Assembly: GCF_036588685.1 (NCBI RefSeq)
Contig: NC_086376.1
Location: forward strand, 77,417,630 to 77,481,629
Length of the DNA stretch: 64,000 nt
Reading direction: 5' to 3'
DNA from: Mytilus trossulus
Taxonomy: Eukaryota
Each line of letters begins with the position of its first letter. Positions within the stretch are counted from its first letter, which is position 1. The translations under genes were made by a program, and so were the position numbers. The notes below the pieces were generated by a model. The model saw only the letters and a list, made by a program, of their open reading frames with translations. It was not told where the DNA came from and made no database searches. This document shows, in pieces, positions 52,765 through 64,000 of this stretch.

Positions 52765-54763
52765 GGTCAAGTACAGAGATTTCAATTTACATATTTGTTC
52801 TTTTAATTGTTTTTGCAAATTAATTAAACCGTTAAGAGGCAATAAACACGCTTTGATGGCAATTTTTGATAATTTACATGCGTCAAAAACTTGTAAAAGC
52901 TACTTCATCCTACTTTAGACGAGGAATTTAATAACAAAGTAATTTTATTCTTCTGTTCATTTCAGCTACTGTGAAATGCAATCGTTTTAAAAATTGACTT
53001 TCAAAACAATAAAGTTAGAATTGTATTTTCATCAGCATACACAACCTGATTAATCAGAAATAATTTAACAATCAAAAATGGCATATGCTATCGTTTTTTG
53101 CTACCATGTGACTTTTGCATGAAACTGAGCTTTATTTTAACATTGCATTGAAAAATTTGTCTTGGCCTTAAATAATCTACATATGTCTTTCATTGTAAAG
53201 TAATTATGTATATATGTCATGTGATTTCAATGAATTGCAGTGCCTTATTCATTTAAATACCGTTTATAGTATTGATATCATTCAGGAACATTATTATATA
53301 CCTTTCTAATTAATCGTCATATTCATTCCAACAGTCTATCATCATTTGTCGACTGCAACGCATCCAAAAACTCAGTATGTATAGAAGGCTTATACATGTC
53401 ACTAAGTATGTCCACTAGAGATTCATCAGCGAATCAAAATGGCGATATATAAATATCAAGCTAAAAATCATTAGTAAAAATATCGGAGAGGATGTTTCGA
53501 ATCTATTGCAAGCCATCTGGAGGTATAAAAACTTTACCTTGTGACGATACTAAAATTACAAAAAAAATGGAAATGAAATCCAATGAAACTATCATTAATG
53601 CTTTATCATTCTTCACTCGGACGGAAAGCTTTTGTTGTGATCTTATTATGCAATCCTAGTGATTTGGAATTTTTCGATTGCAATATGGAATATTGAATGT
53701 CTTCAATTTTTAGAAATAATTGAAAATATACATTTCATTTTTTTTTAAACATAGTATCCTCTAAAAAAGGATTTTAAGCACATGAAAATTTAAATTAAGT
53801 AAATATATTTTTTGATAAAATGACTCTCAACATAATAACGATGACGATTATACATTTTCATTTGCACATTTCATGAATATGTGCCAAATTACGTTCTAGT
53901 AATAATCAATGTCCTTTTACTTCCCTTCAACCATTTATAAACACAACTCAGCCATTTCATCTTGTGTTTTTGTGTTTATGTGTGAGTGTTATAAGTCTTC
54001 ATATTAGTGAAAAAATACTTTCACAATGCTTCCTTCAGTACTGGATTAAAACACACGAATCTTCTGTTATTACTATCATATTGCTTTCCCGATTAATCTA
54101 TGTTATGTCGACCCGTTCACTTTCTAATAAGTTTCATTTTTGTAAGTTGCATGTGAACTTGTTTACTCACGTTGTAGACCCCAGGTTTTCTATTGAATCG
54201 TCTTTTGAAAATTAATTTTTCAACTTACTTTTATTCTTGTATATGTGTGGTTTGGTTGCTTGTTCGTTTTCACTACCAACCCGTCAGTAACGTGTAGACC
54301 TGTTTGGGATTCTTGTTTGGAGTATGAACTTTTCTTCGATGGTAATAAGTACGAAATTATTGTGAGTGCGTATACTACTCTTCCCATGTATGAACTGATT
54401 TGGATCGACAATCTATACACTTTGAATATCTATATTCGTTTCAATATCTTTTGAGTGCCATGCAACTTCCTTATTGAGTCATATCATATACATTTAGTAT
54501 AACATATTTGATAGGACGTTTTATTATGATTTTTTTGTAGATCATGTTAGTAACACATACATAATGTTTATGAACTGAATGTATTTACTTGTAAACAAAA
54601 GAAACAAAAAAGAAAAAATGTTATAAAAAAATCCTGTCTTTTTATTCGACATATTACCTTTTAGTATTATGACCTGGGTTTTTTCGTCTAAGTGTTTAAC
54701 TGCACCCTCTCCCTTTTAATATAGTTTTGCTTCTCTAAAACATCATATATATATACGAGTTGT

Positions 54764-55575
54764 GGAAAGGTAACACACGACCACCGTAAGCTTTTTTTTG
54801 TGAAGCCCAGGTGGTCGTGTGGTCTATCGGAATTGGTGTCACAATATTTCGGTAGCATGGGTTCGAATCCCTGCGAGGGAAGAACAAAAAAATTGCGAAA
54901 GCAAATTTACAGATCTAACATTGTTGGGTTAATGTTTAGACGAATTGTATATACATAATGTACACAGCCATGTATCACCATCATTGCTGGTAATCCAATG
55001 GATGAATCTGTTGTAGAGTTGTCACTGACTCAGACGTACTTATAAATATAAATACTTTCTGTGACTGTATCTTGCATTAATAAGTAGGATCCTTTACTTA
55101 AGATAATTGAGCTGATCTGTAACAATAATCTCAATGCCTTATATATCATGTACTGTAGTACGACGTTAGATTAAAACTGACGAGGAAAGGTAACACACGG
55201 CCACTGAAAGCTTTATTTTTGTAAAGCCCAGTTGGTCGTGTGGTCTAGCGGGAAGGCTACAGTGCAGGCGGTTTGGTGTCACGATATCTCAGTAGCATTG
55301 GTTCGAATCCCGGCGATTCCACAAAAAAATTGCGAAAGCAAATTTACAGAACTAACATTGTTGGTGATCCGATAGATAAATCTGTTGGAGAGTTGTCACT
55401 GACTCAGACGTACTTATATAGATATATAAGGCATGGATATGTTATTTTTACAGATCAGCTAAATTATCTATAGTAAAGGATCATACAAATTAATGTAAGA
55501 TACAGTCACAGAAAATAATTATATTTATAAGTACGTCTGAGCAAGTGACAACTCTACAACAGATTTATCCATCGT
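54764..55575 (+). repeat. Tandem ~420-bp repeat with a tRNA-derived (Leu/Ser-like) Pol III head, plus an inverted partial copy
   Basis: Units start ggaaaggtaacacacg at ~54764 and ~55184. A-box TGGTCGTGTGG and B-box GGTTCGAATCC at 54805-54870 and 55226-55310. 55448-55575 is the reverse complement of ~54996-55122. Confidence 0.75.
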
Positions 55576-55579
55576 ATCA

Positions 55580-56230
55580 ATGTATTATTGTCATTTTGTT
55601 TATTTTCTTTGGTTACATCTTCTGACATCAGACTCGGACTTCTCTTGAACTGAATTTTAATGTGCGTATTGTTATGCTTTAACTTTTCTACACTGGTTAG
55701 AGGTATAGGGGGAGGGTTGAGATCTCACAAACATGTTTAACCCCGCCGCATTTTTGCGCCTGTCCCAAGTCAGGAGCCTCTGGCCTTTGTTAGTCTTGTA
55801 TTATTTAAATTTTAGTTTCTTGTGTACAATTTGGAAATTAGTATGGCGTTCATTATCACTGAACTAGTATATATTTGTTTAGGGGCCAGCTGAAGGACGC
55901 CTCCGGGTGCGGGAATTTCTCGCTACATTGAAGACCTGTTGGTGACCTTCTGCTGTTGTGTTTTTTTTATTTTGGTCGGGTTGTTGTCTCTTTGACACAT
56001 TCCCCATTTCCATTCTCAATTTTATATATTTCTTTGAGTTGTGCAAGTTTTCAAAATGTAAGTTCTGGTTTTGTTTTTTCCAATAAATAAAGGCAACAGT
56101 AGTATACAGGTGTTCGAAATTCATAAATCGATAGAGAAAAAACGAATCCGTGTTACAAACTAAATCTGAGGGAAACCTATCAAATATAAGAGAACTACGA
56201 CACAACAGAAACACATATAACATAAGACTT
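55580..56230. repeat. Cluster of abundant dispersed non-autonomous repeats
   Basis: aacatgtttaaccccgcc...cctgtcccaagtcaggag is shared with 34860-34920. aaataaaggcaacagtagtatac...gttc is shared with ~345, 7350-7383 (reverse) and 56625. Confidence 0.7.
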
Positions 56231-58511
56231 TTGCATTTCTGAATGATGTTTTAGGTGATTCAAACCAATGCATTGTTAAGAGAGAGTGTCATTACTGCTG
56301 CACCTTACATAATTTTTGCAAACACTCTTTGAGGGATCAGTAGGTGGCTTGTAACGTTGCATCATTTTATTTGCCGGTAATAGTTCAAATTCTATATCTA
56401 TCTTACTTTCTTACAAGCAAACCCCTTTGCAGAATCTGTCTAATCGAGTTACTGTTAATATGATCTCGCCCTGAATATGCATGCACTATTTGTCACTAAC
56501 CGTGTATAGCAAAAAATCAATCAATTGATTGAAATCAATGCTTTTTTGTATTTTATTAAGAAACTAGGACACTAGCAAACTCATAATGATTCAAACAAAA
56601 AGTACTGAATTAATGTTACGGTATAAAGGCAAGAGTAGTTTACCGCTGTTCGAAGTCATAAATCGATTGATATAATACAAATCCAAGTCATAAACTAAAA
56701 CTGAGGGACACACATCAAATATAAGAGAGAAAAAGGGAACAACAGAAACACTGAAGTGCAACAAAAACAAACGGCTAAAAAGCTAAAAACAAACACGTAC
56801 ATGTAAAACAACCTAGGACCACACACAAAAATAGCGGTTAAGAACCACGGTTGTCCCATTATTCCAGTTACAGGTTTTACGGTATGAAAAGCAGCTATTA
56901 GAATAATATGTTACCTTTCGGTTGTAAAATTAAGAAAATGCTGTATAAATAAGTATGTTTTTCTAATATTCAACTTGTCATTAAGATTCAAGATTCAAAT
57001 TTTATAGATTAATTTAGAGTTCAATAAACTAAATAAACACAAGCTCGACTTAATAAACAAAATATAATACACACATACAAAAGTCATACACAGTTATAAA
57101 CACATAGTGCACAGTAAGATACCATAGAAGACATATGTAAGTTAAAGCTTAGTACACTTAAAATATAGCACAAGTTAATAATAAAATTGCTCAAATCAAA
57201 TAGTCACACAAAAATGAAAAATTCAATAATGTAGACCTTTAAACCAATCCTTTCAGATTTGAAAAGAAAAAAATCCAGACCTCTTTTAATGTAAACATTA
57301 AAAAAAAAAATTAATACAAAAGCATTGACGATTCATAATTGTAATATACCGAATGCAAGGTTTCTTTGGTTATTATTATAAAATCTCCACAATCCTCCGT
57401 CATATATTGTACAGTGCACTTTCAATTTCCATATCGATTGGAGAGAGACTGGTTTTGAATTTCTTATTGTATTATTTAGTATGTTAAAGTAATGCCTTTA
57501 ATAGTACCACTGGTTCCTTATTCTTAAGATTGAATTAGTAGAAAAAAATAACGTTTTTCATTTTACATTATATTTAGTTTTGTATAGTTATAATTGTTCG
57601 AATTATCCTTCACATTGACAAATTTTACGTTATAAGCCTTTTACTTTAATTCAGTACAGAATAGGATGATACCACTGCTAGGGAACTTCGATTTCTCTTC
57701 CACTATACCTATGGTATATGCTTATCTTTTTTAATTACAACCATCAATAATTGTAAGCTTCGAACTATTTCTATATGTAAGTAAAGATAGAGAGCAGGCT
57801 CAACTGTCTCTGTTGCATCTTTAATTTCAAGTTCGATTAAAACATTTGCGATAAAAATAGTCACCAAACTTGTATTTATTTATTGTTTGGACATCATCTA
57901 TATATAGGTTAATGTAAAGTTAAATTTAGTTTCTTTTGATTCTTTTTAAAAATTCCTAGTTAAAGCCTGTCTCGTATGAATAAATGCATAAGTCGATAGG
58001 AAGAGAAGCACAGTTGATGTCCGTGAAAATCTCGATTGTCTGAGACGTCGTTCAAACGTAACAAAAAGTAAAATAACAAAAATACGGAACTCGAAGAAAA
58101 TTCAAATCGGAATGTCCGATTTTTAAATTGCAAACTAAAAGCTCAAACACAGAAAACGAATGAAAAAAAATTGTTTCAAACCGTTGTACCAAATCAGACA
58201 AAGCCAATCAATGACAGGGGTGCAGCAGGTCTTAGCGTTTCGAATGATTTTGAACAGCAAATGTACAGACATTGACTGCTTTAGTATCACCAGCCCAGTA
58301 GTCAGCACTTCGGTGTTGACATGAATATCAATTATATGGTCCTTTTTATAAATTTTCTGTTTACAAAACTTTGAATTTTTCGAAAAACTAAGGTTTTTCT
58401 TACCCCAGGAGTAGATAACCTTAGCCGTATTTGGCACAACTTTTTGGAATTTTGGATCCTCAATGCTCTTCAACTTTGTATTTATTTGGCTTTTTAACTA
58501 TTTTGATCTGA

Positions 58512-58555
58512 GCGTCACTGATGAGTCTTATGTAGACGAAACGCGCGTCTGGCGT
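58512..58555 (+). ncRNA. Type I minimal hammerhead ribozyme (intact) in a retrozyme-like repeat (repeat ~58283-58575)
   Basis: GCGUCA-CUGAUGA-GUCU uaugu AGAC-GAAA-CGCGCG-UC^UGGCGU; predicted cleavage after C58549. Confidence 0.88.
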
Positions 58556-61500
58556 ATAAAATTATAATCCTGGTACAATTAATGACATTTCATGTCAATA
58601 AAGAAGAGGTGACTACTTATTTGGGATAAGCTTCGGAACAAGGCGTCAATAAGCAATTGCATTCTACAAGTTGTTGTTAACGCATAAAAATATCTAAACA
58701 ATTTGGTACGCCAGACTCGAGTTTTGTTTTTTCATTCATAGCGACTGTATGACTCATTCAGTCCTTGTAATGCTGCTTATAACCATACAAAAAAAAAGTT
58801 TCATAATTTTTTGTTTGTTAAGAAAATCGTTATATTACAAAAAAGACACAAACTTGACAATTAACTGTACACAACATAAACAGAAGACGTATATATGTTA
58901 TAATTCAACAAGAGGCGACAATGTTTAAACAAACTCACCAAAGTTAACCAACATTTTATATAAATGACGTGATAGCAATTTCATTTCAAAGCTATAACAT
59001 GACTGGTTCTGAAATATTCGACATACCTCTAATTGTATATTAGAGTGAACGTGTTCCAGGAAGTTACGAAGTTTAAAAACAGGTACTTTTGATCTGAACA
59101 ACAAGGCAAATATGCCTTCATATCTTAACTACATATATATTTTTATTATGGATAAAATTATCTTATATAAGGGATTAACAGTAATCTCAAGTCCTTTTAT
59201 AAGCGTTCAATTAATACCAAAATTAACAAAATATTTACTCATTGAAAACATTTATACAGAGTGTATAACTTCCAGTTGATACAATACTCAAGGACTAGTA
59301 TGTCCTATAAAGGAAGTTATCAAATAATGAGTTCCAATTGGTGAAGTTGAAATCTTCCATTTGTAAATTAAACGGCTGCCATTACGAGTTGGTTAACTGT
59401 TTTGGAATATCTGTTTCACAGATGGCGACTGATATGTTCCAAGTGTGGTGATTACAATCCCGACCTGTTTTTCCCGAATGTGTAATAGCAAATTGGATTT
59501 ATCACTGGATTTGTATTATATACATGACCAACACGACGGATGCCACATGTTTAATAGAATATCCTTACACTTCCTGATCACTTGAGATCAACCCGAGTTT
59601 TTGGAGGGCTGTGCGTGTTGCTGTGTCTTTTTATTACAGCTTTGCGCTGGAATTATTTTGTTTGATTATGAACTTATTTCTTGTATGTTCTTTCAGATCG
59701 GACCCGAATAAGTGGTTCTATACCACATGAAGTTTTTTTTATATTAAATTCTTTTAATGCTTTTTGTTTACTCTGTCCATTGATCTTCATTTTATGAAAT
59801 TAATACCATTCAAACATATGCATAGTACATACTCATTGCAGTCATAAACATGTATCAATACTAAAGACACTTATTTTATGGGTCATGAACCAGCGTTTCT
59901 TCAATCGAATCCTTTCTGTATTAAGGTTTGGAATGTTGAATAAAACTCAGAAAGCATTGTTTTTTTTTTGGAAGATTGCATAAAGATAATATTAAACATT
60001 GCGGGAATTGAGATATAATTCAAAGGTTCGAAAAATCATGATTGCTTACAAAGAAAAGTGTTAAGTAGTTATAAAGTTAATGCCAAAAACACAATACATA
60101 ATAATCTATGTGAAGTTGTTTTACGGATAAAAAAATGACAAAAGATACCAAAGAGATTTTTAAACTCTTAAGTCGAAAAAGAACTGACTATATGCCAGCA
60201 ACTGAGAGTTTTTAACGTATCAACCTTCAGCTTCAACGTGAATAAGGCCAACAAAACCTTAGATGTATAAATACAAAAGAAGCTTTATTAAGACAATTTG
60301 CATAGATTATGCTTGATTGAAATGAAACCTTGGTTTCTGAAAGAAAAATGCAAATTCAGTCATCGCGTTATTGATAAGGTCAAAAGTAACAGTCTATTTG
60401 ACATGATACCTTATTACATCAAGTAAAGGATAAACAATATTTGACAATCACCAGACATTGTTTGGCAGTGAATGCATTATGGAGGCTCTGCTGAACAATA
60501 ATTGACAAATAATTAAAAAATCCCATATGGAATTTGTAACGTATGAAATGCTCGACAGACACAATTTAGAAACAGGTTGAACACAGAAATATTGGATTCA
60601 GTGAGACAAAAAGGTTTCAAAATTTTATTCTGAAGTTATAGTAAATAAAGGGCAGCAACATATTTAAAAAAAATGTAGCTATACGTCATGTCACGGGATT
60701 TTCCGAGTGGAGTCTTTTGATAAAGAATATCCTGACCTGGTAAGAGCTAAAAATGAATACCTGGAGAGAAAAAAAACGTGACGAAAATGAATATTTTGCA
60801 ACACAAAATGCAGGAAGCAGTCGTATAAAAATCTGTAAATAGTTTTTCGTGCTTCAAAGCAGGAAGGAAAAGTAATACATGCGAAGAAACAAATGAAAAT
60901 AAATGGTCAATCCATAATAAACCCTCCTGTCACTCTCCAAGAAATTCAAACTGTCGTTCCCTAGTGCCTAAACTTGGCTACTAATAGATGACACAAAGTT
61001 TACATTGCACTTGCAGTAAAATCGACCCAGCAGATGCAATTAAAATCCCTCTCTAGTTATATCAATTGATGAATGACAGGATAATGGGAAACATTGAAGT
61101 TAACAAGATGGTCAACTAGAATTGGTAAATCGATGATGGTCAAACATAAAAACAAAACAAAAAGTCTGCAATACAACGGGTCGTTCATGAGATACATCTT
61201 TATCTCTCACTGAGTAAAAAAGTATATAAAGAAGCATCATTTTAGTATTGCAAAAAACAGAGGGTTAGAAGCGTCGCTTTTTTAAATTGAATAATTAGAA
61301 TATCAATGTTTAAATTAACAATCATCGTCAATGCACTAACGGAAACGTTATATTCAAAAATGTAAAATCGCCTAGTTTTCTTCTCAACTTCTATTTAAAC
61401 TTTTAACAGTTATTCTAAAAAAAAAAAAAGGGTACTCAATCAACTGTTCATCAAAAAAATGACAAATTCAAAAATGCAAACACATGAATAACGTCTGTTC

Positions 61501-64000
61501 TAGTTCTTATTTAGGAAATGGTGGAGTAAACCTGGTTTTTTTAACTAGCTAAAGCTCTCAGTTGCAAAATATTCGCATAAAATTCCATTAAATTGACAAC
61601 GGTAGGTTAACAAAACAAACAGACATAATCGATAAAAATGTCAAAAAAGGGGTACTACAGTCATTGAACAAAAAAAAAAAACATCAAATATGTAACAAAG
61701 AAACATACATTTTCTGAAGTCATTAAAAACATCCCGCAGTCGGCATGCTTATATGCATGGATTTCTCCAGTCTGTAGAGACCTGATGTTTCTTGAAAGTC
61801 ACGTCGTGATTCTGTAATATTGTCCATAAGATGAACGACTTTTTTATCTTGTCACTCAACCCTCGTCCTTCTGATATACAAGTATTCATCTGTTAGTTTT
61901 CTAACAATGACACCTCATTATTTTCTATTTGTGTTAATAACTAATCATGTTCCTAGCCACGACATTCCTCGGTCTATCTTTCACCGGTTCACGGTTTTAC
62001 TCATGAAACTCCACTATCGTGCATATGAAATAAATCAGGTATATTCATTGCCATCTATCATCTACCTTACATGATTTAGAAGAAAAAAAATATCATTTGT
62101 AAATTAATCTTTTTGTTTATAAAATGTCATAAAAAAATATCATGCTTTTTATTCTTTACGCCAGTCTGGCAATGCGTTAACAAAAGTCTCTACTGTCCTG
62201 TATCAGAAGTCATTGTTTTTGTATTACCTAACTTTCGAAAACAGTGTGCAGTAATATGCAAAAAAAAAGGAGTGGTTGATTCTCCAGAGCAAGCCAGGAT
62301 ATGGTATATTTTACATGAAATGACTGTCATTGTATTCAAAGTTATTCAAACATATTATCTAAGAATTCTTGTAGCTACATATTTTAGCAAAGAAAAAATC
62401 CCAGGGCCATGAATAAGTGGGTTTATGCTTTAAAGTATTCCGATAAACTTTGTTGTCAAATAGAAATTGATAGTGTCGCCGCTAGGTAAAACTTAGCTTG
62501 TGTGGCTGATGATACCGATTGGTTTCATTGCCGTGCTAATTTGTTTATTATACGAAGCTAAATGACGTCGCTAAACATCCTTCATATTTTTATGAAAGAC
62601 TGTATACTATTTATGATCAAGTATAGGAATGTTTGATTATCTTTCTTGTATCGGTTGAATGGGTAATCTTAAAACTCACATACATTGTACAGTAATCATT
62701 ATCGTTAATTGATTAGTGGTTCTCTGAATATTTTAAAATCATTTTCCACTTCTTCCGCTTCTATAAAATTGTTTAAATCAACATATTATGGGAGGGTGAT
62801 CAGCTGTATATCAAGTACCCTTTTCGTTTATTTTGAATATTCAATAACGCATTTCCTTTCATATACTTTTGACAACCAATTGTTGACATATAGATGCATT
62901 AAGCTATTTCATGGGCCGTTAACCTAGATTTGACAAGTACTGTTTTGTTTTGTTTTGATTGTTTATGAAATATATCCACATCTGATTCTGTTTCAGATAC
63001 AAAATTTATAAACAATCTTATTTATTATATATTTAGTCTACTTTTTCGGTTTTATATATTATAAAGCTTGAAAAAAAGATTTTTACAACGTCTCATCTTT
63101 AGCCCCTACGCACTAGCAACTATATATTTATTTCCGTGCTAAAATTACAATATAAAGAGTATGTTCGCTCAATGAAATATACATTGTACCAAAGGATTTT
63201 GATTGTCAATTTTTCAGTTGAGAAAAAAAAAAAAAGTAAACCATGCAGTGAGTCGATAATGATATACCAATTTAAGCAACACATTCTAATAATAAAAGTT
63301 GTAATTTCCATATGTTAAGAATTATAGTTTTTATTTTTTAAACTTCCTGTATTTGCTGTCTTAGATTTATTTGATCGTGCGTTCATGATGAAGGTTGAAC
63401 CAGCAATGCTTAATGTGTGAATAGAATAGATATGCTAGTAAGTTGTACCATATATACTACAAAGGAGTCAGGACAGCTGATGCTATTATTGTTTATATTG
63501 CCCATGAGATGGTCGTTTTGTACGACATTTACTTCGTAACGGTCAGGAATATGACAGTTGTTATCCATTCGTTTGATGGGTTTGAGCTTATGATTTTGTA
63601 ATTCAATTTGGGACTTTCCGTTTTGAATTCTCCTCGAGTTCAGTATTTTTGTAACTTAACACCTTTTTATTACATCTGCTGTTATTATTCTTTAAACTGT
63701 CAATGATTTTGTTAGTTTAGGCAGTCATGATATCATTGAAAAGTTATAACAATTAAGTCAAATATAGTACAACTTCCTCTCAAGAATGGCAATGTGCCTT
63801 TGCTGGTATAAGTTTTTTGCTGCTATAGTCTCAAGATGATCTACAATTGGGTCGGTGTCTCTGAAATAATATTCCATATAATGCAAATGAGTTGACATAG
63901 TTTTAAGAACCAATATACCACATCGGATCGTCATGACCGATATGTTTTATCGCGGTATGTATTTTACTATTACCTCAGCAAATTATGGAAATATTTGAGT

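Noticed and set aside
55226-55315. Functional tRNA gene
   Set aside because: Has A/B boxes, but no clean cloverleaf or acceptor stem could be built, and it sits within a repeated unit.
56300-64000. Short 60-115 aa ORFs here and elsewhere in intergenic/intronic DNA
   Set aside because: Low-complexity AT-rich or repeat-derived frames without domains or splice support.

Overview
AT-rich eukaryotic (animal) genomic DNA. The gene and repeat content suggests a bivalve mollusc, probably a mytilid mussel (inference). There are three host genes: a 3-coding-exon secreted Kunitz-domain peptide with extra cysteines (- strand, 559-1586), a frameshifted RING-less TRIM-like B-box/coiled-coil/beta-propeller gene (12408-14064), and a complete 5-exon nicotinic acetylcholine receptor alpha subunit (38680-52764). 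The centrepiece is a complete, compact 9,029-bp Polinton/Maverick-like element (15661-24689) with 113-bp TIRs starting AGTAGT and a 6-bp ATAAAT target-site duplication. It encodes a protein-primed PolB polyprotein, an A32-type packaging ATPase and a chromodomain integrase, but no recognisable capsid or adenain protease genes. Upstream of polB, in an apparent 5'-UTR intron, lies a ~330-nt GC-rich island that folds on the + strand into a closed multi-helix RNA with three GNRA-capped hairpins and at least one pseudoknot. I do not recognise this RNA, and it is the best candidate for an undescribed system. A second structured segment follows the integrase. The rest is decayed LINE and Penelope-like fragments, hammerhead-ribozyme (retrozyme-like) repeats, MITEs, tRNA-derived repeats and minisatellites.
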